From Rhizophagus irregularis (lineage: Eukaryota), in contig NC_089430.1 in NCBI RefSeq assembly GCF_026210795.1, positions 4,774,001 through 4,838,000 of the forward strand: a DNA stretch of 64,000 nt, given 5' to 3'. The translations under genes were made by a program, and so were the position numbers. Under the pieces are notes generated by a model. That model saw only the letters and a program-made list of their open reading frames with translations. It was not told the origin of the DNA and ran no database searches. This document shows, piece after piece, positions 12,263-24,427 of the stretch; the stretch's first letter is position 1, and each line of letters begins with the position of its first letter.

Positions 12263-13064
12263 CAGAGGATTAATTTATAATCACATTAAAAATACGTAAT
12301 CCTAAAATATCAGATTGATTAGACTTTAAATTACAAGACATAAATCAAATACGGTAAGTATAAAATTTCCATCATATGTGTAGTTTATTTATTTACTTAT
12401 AGAATAAAAAATAATTTCATCAATAAAAAAAGTGATTATTATGGAATACTTGGTTGTGCCATTTTATAAAGTTTATGAATACAGTAGTATTTTCGATACA
12501 GGTAACACGTCTCCAGGTATCAATTTACATCTCACAACATATAAATTATTCAAGTACAAACTCTATTAATCAAAAGAAAGGAATAAACAATATTTAAAAT
12601 AAAAATTTTAACTATTGCAAAATATCAGAGAAAGATCTTAAATGTGCAATGTCTACACTTATCAGGACTTAGGATCGTGAATATTACCTATTATTTTGTC
12701 TGATTGACACATTATCTGAGGTTATTAACTATCCACTTAAATAAAATAATAAATCATTAAAATTTTTTCCAGTTAAGAATTTTTATCTTAAATAAACACA
12801 ATAAGTCTGATTGAATATTAATAATTCGTTATCTGTTATAGCAAAACCACTTTTTAATTAAAAATTTTAATCGTGAGAATAAAATGATTGTAAAACTTAT
12901 TTCAATTTAATACAATCATATGATGCCAACTTTATCGAATTATCCTATCACTCAATATAACATTATAATAAAGACAAAGAGAAGAGATAATATAAATTAT
13001 GAGAAAAACTTTACCGTAATTTAAATAAATAACCAAAAGTTGGGAAACTAACTAATTTAATAAA

Positions 13065-13195
13065 CTAAATAATAATCTTTGATTTTCCTGTAATATACAG
13101 TAAGAGATAAAATGAGCTTGTTGAAAACGTTTTACATTACATGCTTTACAGCATCCATCTCCAGTATATTCTTGTTTGCAATATTTACAAAGCAT
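13065..13195 (-). pseudogene. Kinase gene relic (start fused near last exon after ~1.4-kb deletion)
   Basis: MLCKYCKQEYTGDGCCKACNVKRFQ matches the start of the 58635 kinase and is joined at ~13117 to its last intron and exon. Confidence 0.8.
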
Positions 13196-13524
13196 AGTTT
13201 AATAGATAAATTTAGAAAACTTTATTTAATGGTTAATAAACTCAACAGCAACAGAAAAAGCTGAATGTTACCTTGAAAATTTTTTTTTCCGATTTACGTT
13301 ACACATGAACGACATAAGTGTAATAAAATAATGAATTTTAAAAAATTTTATTTTTTCTTTACTGTAATTACTTATATGTTCAAAAGTTCAAAAGTTTAAG
13401 AAAGTTTATTTGATAATTTTATATTTCTGGCTTTAGAGATCCCAAATAAATTAATATTTATTATGCATTTGAATGATATATGGTAAAATACATAATTTCT
13501 CATAATAATTTATTAAAAAATTTT

Positions 13525-14686
13525 TATTGCGACAAGTCAGGAATTCGAGTGTATAACAAAGCACGTCAACTTTTACAAAGCCATGTTCAGGAAGGCAATA
13601 AGGCCGTATGGATCTTCAATATATTTTCACAATGAATTTAAGATGATGGGAGCGATTTATAAATCAACGATGGAAGAAGATATAGGTTGCGGTTTACAAA
13701 TGAAAAGTCAACAAGAGCTATTCGGAAAGAAGGAGAAATTTATCTTAAAGCAATCGAAAGAAAAGAAAAAAGTTCATTTCAAGTTCAAGTCAACAAATAT
13801 CTCACCTTCGCAAAAGTCGAATGACGTTTCAGATGGCGGTGAAGAATTATATTTCGACGCGATGGACCAGAACGTGAATATGGATGAAATGCCAGCGACA
13901 GCAGTTACGCAGATACAATCAACATCTTCATCACATATAGGAAATAGCCGAGAAAAATTTGAAGAAATTAGTACTCTTAATGTTTTAGCAAAAAGACTAC
14001 CGTCACGACCTTTAGCGTCTACGAAATCGTAAAAAGAGAGTACCAATTCGGATGACTCGAATGAGATAACAACTGCACAGTATTTTTTTATCCAAATATC
14101 ATGACATCAAAATAATCGATACTAAGAATAAATATTCCTTCAAAACTAATGATCAGTTAATGAAAAACTAGACACGTAAAGCTTACTTTAATTATCTCCA
14201 TATACAGTACCCTACAATAAGTCACCTGGTACCTACAAATTAATACAAATATTGAATAGGAAGAAACGCAAGAAAAAGAAAATGATTACGCGTGCGGATG
14301 TAGAGTAAGATTTAGATTTAGATTAGAGATTACGTTATGTAATGATGAATAAGGACGGTCAGGTTTCTATTATGGATTGACGATTCATTGGTCCTTGTAG
14401 AGTATAACTTACGGCTTTAATAGAGAAAGTTGTATTGAGCCGATAACACAGTTCAACCTGGAGAGACTAACTAGATTTTCTTATTCATTAGAATTTTTTT
14501 TTTAATTTAGCTTTTCTTTTCTTTTTTTTATATCTTGCATTTTAATTTACGATTTATTTAGCATTAGGTGTTTCTTATTAGTAGATAGATACTTTATTTA
14601 ACGGATGTTCTAGAAATGTCTACATTGTAATAAATTACAAAACGTAAATATTACAATATTAATAAAGTTATAAATTTAAAAAAAAA
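13525..14686 (+). mobile_element. Probable 5'-truncated non-LTR retrotransposon 3' fragment (includes ORF 13583-14032)
   Basis: Absent from the paralogous locus. Decayed ORF, a GC-richer 3'UTR-like block (14350-14470), AATAAA at 14661 and an A-run ending at 14686. No TSD found. Confidence 0.4.
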
Positions 14687-15966
14687 TATTGTAAATCAAT
14701 TGGTGCATCAAAATTCTTTTTCTACAATAAATAGGAATTTCAATTTAAGCTTCTGTTTTGGGAATATGAATTTCTTTTCTGATGTATGAGTTCAAACGCA
14801 TTAGTATAAACCTGCTTATTATTCTATATAATAAATAAATTCTACTTTACTAAAAATAAGATGGCCACAATAATTTATAACATAATTTAACTCGTTTAGC
14901 AATTTAATTTACGTGCGCTTATTTAAAATAAACATGCAATTAAATTCAGTTTAATCATGAGAAAATCGACGTCTTCAGCAGCAAAATGGGATTGTTCACA
15001 TCAGAGTCTTGCTTTCAATGTGATTAAATAATTGTGTAAATTGAAAATAACAACTTTTAGTAAAAATTTAATAAAAAATTTTCATTTTGTAACTTTTCAA
15101 CTATTGTTTCAATACATCAAACCCTCCATAGTTATAGTATATTTATTAAAACTGATACACTAGACTTTTATTTAATATGGTTCGATGGGCTCTATTAATT
15201 TTAATGAATCAATTTTATGTGATCGGTAATTTTATTTAAATATTACACTTCATTCTTTTCTTCAAATTAAAAAGTCCAAGCAATTAATATTATCTCCTGT
15301 TTCAAATTAGTGTATCAGGTGATTTTTCGATCAATTATAAAAAAAATTACCAGAAAGCAACCAAAACAAATTAAGTACAAATAATAATATAAATTTATTT
15401 CACACATTAATCAAAAAAATAAATTTATTAAGGAAGAACAATAAATTATATAAAAAATTAAAATTTTTTGTTAGATTATAACGAAAGGTAAAATTATTCC
15501 TTTAAAAAAAAAACTTCCCTTATATACAAGAATGTATGAACCATTAAGGAAATTAAATTAAAATAAAAAGTTTAAATAAAAAAGATAAATCTTCTCTTCA
15601 TAATAAAACCAAAGTATCAAAAACTTCTATAATAAAACTTACGGTAGAACCGTTGGAATCGATTGAAATCGAAATAAGGAACTTAAAGAAATCTTTCATA
15701 TGGAATACTCCCTAAAAAAAATAGACTTTAAAGTCGTACTGATCGACAAATCACTAATATCTTTAATCAAGAAAAAATCATCATTTAAAATTTAATAAAG
15801 CTCGAAACCAAAAATTTCCCTCTTTCATTGTATTTTTTATCATGTATTTTTTTTAGTACAAATTAAAGAGAGAATGTATCATTATGATGCAAGTTTGCTG
15901 CAAAATTTAGCCGCAGGAGCAGTAATTTTATCATAATAATTATTCATTATTCTTATTCAATATTCA

Positions 15967-16174
15967 TAGGGATAGGAACAACTCGCTCAGTCCGTTCGGC
16001 TCTGAACCGATACTACTAAATGGACTGGAGCCGCTTCGAATCGGATGAACCAGTTCGGTTCTATAATTGGTTCTTGATCATTTCAGTCCAGAACTGAGTC
16101 AGTTCATATCAAAAATTTATCAGAACCGTTTCGGAATCAAAAGTACTGACCCGAAAGGAACGTTTCCATCCCTA
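15967..16174. mobile_element. hAT-type MITE (208 bp)
   Basis: Termini tagggataggaac ... gtttccatcccta. Flanks aatattca / ggtattta are a degenerate TSD. Internal gaaccg/cggttc motifs. Confidence 0.6.
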
Positions 16175-17290
16175 GGTATTTATGATCCAAATAATTTGAA
16201 TACAGTATCTATAACAATGATACCTGAAGTTATTTTTTATTAAAGAATTAATTGATTCTTCTTCTTCAGGAGAAACCTGTTATTCGTTGTGGATTATTTT
16301 AGCCAATTCTAATTTTAAATTGCTAAAATATTCTTTATTACGACATGTTGAAAGCTTTAAAGTGATTCCATTTCTAATGTAGTAAGATGTTAATATTCAT
16401 AATCTGAAGTCACATGAACTTTCAATTAATATTATGTACAATTTACTATAAAGAAATAAAGTACAGTAACAATTTAACAAACGTTCGTATTATACCGAGT
16501 GCTACTTTTGTGAAAAAAATTATTTTTTGTTTTTACTATTGTAAAAAATAAAACATTCCACTAAAATTTATCATTTTATGTTTTGTATGTGACGATTTAT
16601 GATTTAGATACAAAATTAAATAATAGTAAATATTTTATTATAAAGTTCTTTTCAATTATTATTACTATAGTCCTCAACTTTTGATAGAGTGCTATCAAAA
16701 AAAATATTGTATCGCACAAAGCAAGCTTTTAAAGTTAGTGTCACATGAACTAAATTTTTCGCTAATGTCGTATGTCGCATTATTAATGAGCAGAACGGCC
16801 TATAAAGTAAAAGCAATTGAAATTTATTGATTCCTATCCTTAAGAATGTTTGAGTATCAGATAAGATTAGCTTGCACTTATCAAATGAATTTAATGACGG
16901 AAGCTAAATATATCACGTACGTATGTCTTCATGTTGTATAATATCTGATATAATAATTGGTAAAATATATTGATTTATTAATGTTAAAAGTTATTTGTAT
17001 ATTTTTTATATTTATAAAATTTTATAATATATAAGTGGTGTTAAAGTAACTTCCATTATTAATTTCCACCTCACGTGACCTTAAAAATTTGTCACTGGTA
17101 TTACATCCCATTTCTACTATGTATTCTAGAGACAGAGATATGTAAAATCCTATTTGTCATGCCTTATTTGTCACATGTTTAATTTTTAATGCCGGCCAAG
17201 ATATATATATTACTAGTTTTAGATTAAATAACTATAAATATCATGTAGGGCTGAAAATTTTTTGTGATAAATATGATCATCGCTGGTATC

Positions 17291-17820
17291 ATATAGCAAT
17301 AAAAATTTTATTATTATAAAACATTGAAATATTTGGTGCTCATCAATGAGTGCTACTTATATAGCAATAAATATTTTCATTATTATAAAACTCTGAAATT
17401 TTTGGCGCTCATTAATGAGCACTAAAAAATCCATTCTTATATAGCAATAAAAATTTTCATTGTTATAAAACTTTGGAATTTTTGGCGCTCATTAATAAGC
17501 GCTAAAAAATCCATTTTATATAGCAATAAAAATTTTCATTATTATAAAACTTTTGAAATTTTGGTGCTCATTAATGAGTGCCAATCCATAGAGTATACTA
17601 GAATTCCATGGGTAATAGGAAATATAACCCATGGTGTGACTGAGGTGGTATGCTCATGATTCCATTACCAGAAAAAATATTTGATATACTGCCTCAGACT
17701 TTTGAACTGAGTAATAAACAAACATAAAAAATTTTTATAATTATTCATGCTCATTGATGAGTGTGAAAATTTTTATAATCTTTTCTTTTATTGGCATTAG
17801 CGCTCATTGATGAGCGCGAA
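17291..17820. repeat. Four ~68-80-bp tandem units with an 18-bp palindrome, plus two further palindrome copies
   Basis: Units start atatagcaataaa at 17291, 17359, 17439 and 17518, each with consensus GCGCTCATTAATGAGCGC. Related palindromes lie at ~17748 and ~17800. Confidence 0.8.
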
Positions 17821-18952
17821 GATTTTCTATTTTCTTATTAATCACCCATAGGTCACTTATAGGTCACCCATGGGATATACTATAGCCTTTTATAAAAGGT
17901 AGCTGGTTCATCTCAATTCCTCATTAGGAAGGAGCCTTCATAATCAGGGTCACTGGCAATACGTGCTAGAATATAAATGGCAGTATTCTTACTTTTACCC
18001 GATCCTCGATCAGTAATTATTACCCTAGTGTCTTCTGGGCGACTAAATAATCAGATTCATTTATGAAACATTTTGCGGTATTAATCAATATCTGGAGATA
18101 CATTTTTAGGACAGTCAGAAATGAGTAGATTTTTTACAACATTACTTAGGTCTATGGGTTCTCCAACTGCATCATCTTCATTTGTTATGTTTTCAGAAAG
18201 ATTACTTTCATTAACTTCAGTGTAAGATGAAGAATCATCTTTTGTATTTTGATTTTGTTTATTAGTATTATCTTTTCGATGTATATTATTTCGGATTGTT
18301 GTTGAGGGTCAGCTGGGTCATAACAGCTCTCACACACCAAAATTTTATTACCACTAAGGTTTATTATTGAGATATGATCTCCGCTTTTTTACACATGAAA
18401 CACATCTGCCTCACATAGATTAAAATTTGAGCTTAATTATAAAAAGTATTTTATTAAATCTTATTGACTTATTTTTTTTTTTATATTAAAAAACTTATTT
18501 AATTGTTATTTTTTTAAAAGTGCTAAAAAATTAATTTTCAAGCTAACGAATTTAGGAAAATTTAAATAACGAACGCAATATGATTGGTGTACTTATAACA
18601 TAATTTTTCTATCTCTTTTTTTTTCTGTTTTTGTGTTATTTTAATTTGGATTCGAAAAAAAAAACTTTTTCTATCTCTTTTTTTCTATGTTTTTGTGTTA
18701 TTTTAATTTGGATTCGAAAAAAAAAACGAAAAAGAGTGACAATATTTGGGAATAAGTTATAGCTAGAACAAAAATTTCTTTGTATAAAATTCGAACGATA
18801 GTGGGAAAGATATTTCTAGAGTTTCATATATTTCTTTCGTCCTAAAAGAGATAAATAAAGAGTGAGTTTATCAAATAAAATTGGAATAAATCGAAGTTGA
18901 AATACGAATAAAAAATATAATTGAAAGCAATGTAGATAAGATGCAAACCTTA

Positions 18953-19861
18953 TTAATCAATTAATGCATTAATACTAATTGACTTTTTAGAACGTTTTGG
19001 AGAAGGAAGAGGACCTAGAGTTTCTTCATTTTCATCACATCGTCTTTTTGAACTAGTTTCGTTGTCTTGTGATTCGTTTGTGGAACCCAATTCATGACTA
19101 TTTTCTATTTTTTCATCGTCATCACTATCAACAACAATTGGTTCTATAGTCGTTGTATTATTAGAAATTTGGACGGCAAAATTAATTTCTTCGTTTCTTC
19201 TTGGTTTTTCCAAGGCAAAAAACAAATTTCTATTATGTTGGGTATAAATTTCGTACCATACTTTATGAATGTAACTACTGGCGACTTGTGATTCGTTAAC
19301 TAGTTTCTCTACTTCGAGGAAAGCTCTTATTTCTTTTTGACAAAATAATCGGAAGAGCATATAACCATTCAATCCTTTAGTTTTTGTATTAGGATCCAAT
19401 GGTTGTTCATGACTTTGTAAATTTTGTAAATATCCCGGGTATTTCGAGATTAATACTTCTGCATTATGAGCAATCTTATTATTATTTAATAGATCAACAA
19501 TAGATTGTTGTTCGATTGAAAGTACTATAGGTTCTTTACTTTCTTTTCTACTTTTTGCTTGTCTTTTTTTCTTATTTATATTTGTATTTGTACTTTTCTC
19601 TTTTTTTTCATTGTTTTTTATTTTAATACTCTTTAAGATAATGGCATTTTGTTCCTTTATAGTATCCACAGTACTATTCAATTCGGCATTTTGTTCCTTT
19701 ATAGTATCCACAGTACTATTCAATTCGGCATTTTGTTCCTTTATAGTATCCACAGTACTTTTCAATTCGGCAATTTTTTTAAGAAGTTCTTTAATAAGTT
19801 TGGAAAAATTATCATTTTTTTCATTTTGTTTCCCCTCGTTTTTTTTATTTTTTTTGCTCAT
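18953..19861 (-). CDS. MATA-type HMG-box protein with N-terminal coiled-coil repeat (302 aa)
   Basis: Open 302-aa ORF. KTKGLNGYMLFR...SSYIHKVWYEIYTQHNRNLFFAL fits the HMG N-x-(Y/F)-x-L-(F/Y)-R ... W pattern. AELxSTVDTIKEQN occurs three times. Confidence 0.7.
   Translation of the reverse strand: MSKKNKKNEGKQNEKNDNFSKLIKELLKKIAELKSTVDTIKEQNAELNSTVDTIKEQNAELNSTVDTIKEQNAIILKSIKIKNNEKKEKSTNTNINKKKRQAKSRKESKEPIVLSIEQQSIVDLLNNNKIAHNAEVLISKYPGYLQNLQSHEQPLDPNTKTKGLNGYMLFRLFCQKEIRAFLEVEKLVNESQVASSYIHKVWYEIYTQHNRNLFFALEKPRRNEEINFAVQISNNTTTIEPIVVDSDDDEKIENSHELGSTNESQDNETSSKRRCDENEETLGPLPSPKRSKKSISINALID
19643..19772. repeat. 42-bp in-frame tandem repeat x3
   Basis: ggcattttgttcctttatagtatccacagtactattcaattc at 19643, 19685 and 19727. 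Confidence 0.95.
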
Positions 19862-20949
19862 GATGGTGATTCCTTCCCTATCAAAATAATTGAAAAACCA
19901 GGTCTTTTTATAGTAAAATGGGCTTAAAAAAAAGATGTTCTAATTTTTTTATCTAATTTGTCTATTATTGGCAAGAATCAACAAACTTAAATGGTGGGCA
20001 ATAAGCCTAATCATTTTGTTTCTTTAAATACTTTTTGAGGAAAGAAAACAACTGATTTTCAAACAATAATCATGAGAAGATCAGCAATCTAATTTGTTGG
20101 TGTTACAAGTCCAACTAATAAAGTAGTTTTATGGTTATTTTTGGCGCTTTATTGTGTTTATTAATATTGTTCTTTTGTAATATTGGTGACTAGTTTGTAC
20201 TAGCTAAATTTTATTTATAATCAAAATACTGAACACATATTTGCATTTTTTTTGTAGTACAAAATGTCCTGGTTATACTTGCCCCCATTAATGGGGTTGG
20301 GAGAATCCCATATCCTATCCCATCCCAAATTTATTTTATTTCAGAAAGGAGTAACCAATGACAAGTACATAAAAGAAGTAAACAACTATTACTAGTGGAT
20401 AACTATACAATTAAGAGTGCTGTGGTTAAAAATCCTGTAAACTAGATTTAACATCATGTCTAAAAGACCTCACCCTCCGCCCATCCCAAATACCCATTTA
20501 ATCCCATTTGCGTCGGAGTCACGTGACGTTACACAAATTTCCAAAAGGAAATTTTGCTCCCGGAAAATTTTGGAAAATCTCGAAATTTGGTTACACAAGT
20601 TTCCAAAAATGGAAATTTCATACCGATCATTTAATTCTGGCCTGAATTAAGGAATTAAGATTTAGTCTCATCCATCCCATTTAAATTTACAAATTATGGC
20701 CGAATCCGAAAGTCCAAAACTTAGGTCCGAAACCTCAGCCAAAATTCGAAAATCAAGCCAAAATCTGAAATTGTGGTCGGAGTACGAAAATCTGGACAAA
20801 ATCTTTATTACGTGGTCCGAAATATAATTTCTTTTTAATGGGGTCCGAAAGTTTTTGTAATTCCGGCCAACATTGTAGTGCCGGCCAGAATTATGCCCTG
20901 CGTGACTTCGGATAAAAGTTTAGCCACCAGGTAAGAATGTTACACAAGG

Positions 20950-21275
20950 GAATGCGATGAACAATATACGAATGATTTAAATGCAGAGTATGAATGGTGT
21001 AAACCATGTCAAATAAAATATTTCAAAGAAAATTCCACTAAGTGGACCAGTGGAAATGAAAAAATTGATGATTTGATTCAATCAAAAATTAATGATCCGA
21101 ATGATATTATATTTGAATGGATCCCATACGATCAATTTAACAATGTTGAAGAAATAGGAAAAGATGATTTTACTATAATATATTCAGCAAAATGGAATAG
21201 TGGTCCATTAAGTTATAATTATTTTAACAAAGAATTAATGAGAGTATCAAAAAGGAAGGTTGCCTTAAAATGCCT
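20950..21275 (+). pseudogene. Isolated kinase N-terminal fragment
   Basis: ECDEQYT..EWCKPCQ..KWTSGNEKIDDLIQ..IFEWIPYDQF..KVALKCL, truncated and flanked on both sides by ccgaaa/ccggcc-rich repeat sequence. Confidence 0.75.
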
Positions 21276-21494
21276 ACGCGATGGAATTTTGTGTGTTACA
21301 CAAATGTTACATAAACTTGTAATGCGGGCCGAAATTCAATAATGCTGGCCAGAAAATTTCGGCTCAGTTTTCTACTTTCGACCAGAGTTTCGTTTCGGAA
21401 TGATTGGCCAAAGGTCGAATCCTGAAATTATGCCGAAATTGCCGAGTTTCGGCAACATGTATAGTCCTGATTATGGCGTAAACCTAAAATAGTG

Positions 21495-22770
21495 CTTAAT
21501 GAGTTAAATCATTAAATGAATAATTATTACACATGTTCATTCATCATGCATTGATAAAAAAAATTTCTTTGTTATCTTTAACAATTAATAAGTACACAAT
21601 TGTTTTTATTGACAGAGTTCTAAAATTATATTTTTCCCCATTAAATGGTTGTTAATTGATGAAAACATTTTCAACTCCAGTGTTTCTCAATCAGTTTAAG
21701 GAGACATCTTCACATTCTACAATAATAACTGTTTTTAATGAAGGACAATTTTGTGCACCTTTAATATTGTCCCATTTGCTTTTTTTTAAGGTTAGTTCTT
21801 TTAAACTCGTTAGATTGGTTAAATTTATTTGGATTAAATGATCAAAATTTCTATGATTAATTTATTTATGTTACTAGATTTATCTTTAGAACCAAATAAT
21901 ATTTTAGTATTTCTATTTAATTTATTGCCATCCACGCAAACTTCATTAGATAAAAAAGATTGTTTGTCTATATGATATGTTCTTTTAAACTATTTATTAA
22001 TGATTTATTTTTTTTTTTCAAGAGCGATTATTTTATTCTCTGATTCTGACTTTATTTTTGAAGTAGATTGTTGAGCAGAATTATTATCATTATTTTTTTT
22101 GATTCTAATTGATTGTTAAGTTTTTTTATTTCTTCTTCTTTCTCTTTAAGCAAGATTCTAAATCTAGCGTTTTTTTCTTTAGCTTGTGATTTAATTCATT
22201 ATCATAGAGGTCATTGTAAAAATATCCTCTTTTTCATACTCCTCTAGTATTTCTTCAGTTTTTGGCCAATCATTTATCATATTGTATACAGTTTCTATTC
22301 TTTTTATTTGTTGAGTGTTTTTGATAAAAATTTTAGTAATATCTTTTTTTCTTTCTAGAGTAAGTACATAGTCAGTGCCGTCAATGATATAGTGAAAATG
22401 TTTGGCTGTTGGAGTAACCTGTTTTTTGTAAGGATCATAGTCTTCTAAAATCTAAACTATTTAATTCTTGCAATACTTGTCTCACGTTTAGAAGAATTAT
22501 GAAATCAAAGACACTAACTAGATTCATAATTAAACCTCTTAAACCTCACTCTTCTGTGATGCATTCTTTTAAAAAATTGGTGGTTATTTTTTTATCAATA
22601 AATAATTGAGAAAATTTGTTTTACTGAGGACTAATTAATTCATTTAAAAAATCAAGGTCAGTTTTTAATTTTTTCTTTGTAGAATTTAATTCATTATAAC
22701 TTTCACCAGTATCTAATTTTTCTGATAAAAAAGGAATGATAAATTCTTCAATTTTCTCAATATTCTTTTC
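21495..22770 (-). pseudogene. Decayed intronless ORF (coiled coil plus LRR-like segment), possibly genetic code 4
   Basis: Minus-strand frames give EKNIEKIEEF...ECITEE[TGA]GLRGLI, INLTNLTSLKELTL and NCPSLKTVIIVECEDVSLN[TGA]LRNTG...FFINA[TGA][TGA]MNMC. Also 2 TAA and several frameshifts. Confidence 0.45.
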
Positions 22771-23621
22771 TTATTATATTTAAATTGTTTTATTAGTTCT
22801 AACTTAATTAACTTAGTCCTAACTTAGAAATATTTCAATGGATTCTTTTATTGGGCGTATTAAGAAGCTAACCAAGTTATTACATGTTAATAAAAGATGT
22901 AAAAAGTGTAAATATGTGTGTGATGCAAAACATTTTCAGCATTGTTTTAAAAAATGGTCTAGTGGTAATAATAATACTATTGATAAATTTATTAAAAGTA
23001 CTCAGCTATCAGCTCATAAATATACAGACGAAACTATTAGAATGGATACCCTATGATAGATTTTATGACATTAAATGTATCGCAAAAGGTGGGTTTGGCA
23101 AAATATATAGAACAAAATGGGTTGATGGAATTATTAGTAAATGGGATAATGAAAATAAAGATTGGGAAAGAGTAAATCAAAATATGTTTGTGATTCTGAA
23201 AAATTTAACTAGCTTAAAAAATGTTACATTAGAGAAAAAAAGGTATAAACATATTATTTAATAGACTTAAAAAATTGTAATTTTCATTAATATATTATGT
23301 TTTTAGACTACATTAGGATCCAAGAACGAAAGATTATATGATGATGGTTTTGGATGAAAATGCTAGCGGTAACAATGATATTGATAAATTTATTCAAGAT
23401 ACTCAATTATCAGTTCGATATGATACAAAGGAAGCATTAGAATGGATACCTTATGATAGACTTTTTAATATCGAATATATTGCAGATGGAAAGTTTGGCA
23501 AAGTATATAGAGCAAATTGGATTGATGGATGTATAGATAAATGGGACAATGAAAATCAAAATTGGAAAAGAGTAAATCAAAAAAAGCCTGTAATTCTGAA
23601 AAGTTCAAACAATATTACATT

Positions 23622-24149
23622 TAGGGATGCCAATGGTTGGTTCAGTTCGGTTTCAGTTTTAAAACCGTGGTTTTCAGCTGAAACTGAACTGACCGCAAAA
23701 CCAACCGATAAGACCGAATTGCAAAACCGATCGCAAAATTACTGCAAAATTGAATGAACTAATGTTAGAAGTGTTAATTATAATTTTATTTGATAATATT
23801 CCTTAAAATTATAATTTTTTTTATGATAATGTCAATTTTGCGATTTTTTTCAGCGGAACGAAAAATCACGTGATCAACGTGTAAAAAATTTTCCTATTAT
23901 TTCAAAAATAAGAATACTATATATATAAATAAACACCAAAATCATAATTTTTAATAATATTCTCAATATAATTAATGAAAGAAACATTTTTTTCTTTTGG
24001 AATATATGATTAACTGATCAGTTTTTTTGTCGGTTTTTTTTATATATAAAACTGACGGTTAACCGGTCAGTCTTGGACTGAAACTGAACCGTAACCGAAC
24101 TTATAAAAACTGGTTATAATCGGTTATAACTGAACTTTTGGCATCCCTA
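23622..24149. mobile_element. hAT MITE (528 bp)
   Basis: TIR tagggatgccaa / ttggcatcccta. TSD attacatt / gttacatt. Removal restores NITLEYINE. Confidence 0.9.
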
Positions 24150-24427
24150 GTTACATTAGAATATATTAATGAGGTATAGTGAATTTATTATTCTTTTAAA
24201 CGAAAATTTTAAGAATTATGATTTATATTATTAATATTAAACTATATGGTAGTTCTTGATAATGAAGGTAATAAGATATGTAGAGCGTGTAATAATGTAT
24301 GTAATGCAATGCATTTTCAGCGAAATTTCAAAAATTGGACCAGTAATAATGATGATATTGATAAATTTATTCAAGTTACCCAACTATTTGCACATTCTTT
24401 TAATAATTCAATAAGAGCACTAGAATG

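Larger units (their letters stand above)
12638..15733. repeat. Segmental duplicate of 56631-59808 with internal deletion and insertion
   Basis: 12638-13116 matches 56631-57126, 13120-13505 matches 58560-58945, and 14905-15733 matches 58950-59808. Confidence 0.85.

Noticed and set aside
17291..17582. CRISPR-like array of palindromic repeats
   Set aside because: The inter-repeat sequences are themselves repeated rather than unique spacers. Eukaryotic context and no cas genes.
19611..19927. Plus-strand ORFs with repeats
   Set aside because: Antisense shadows of the HMG gene's 42-bp repeat.
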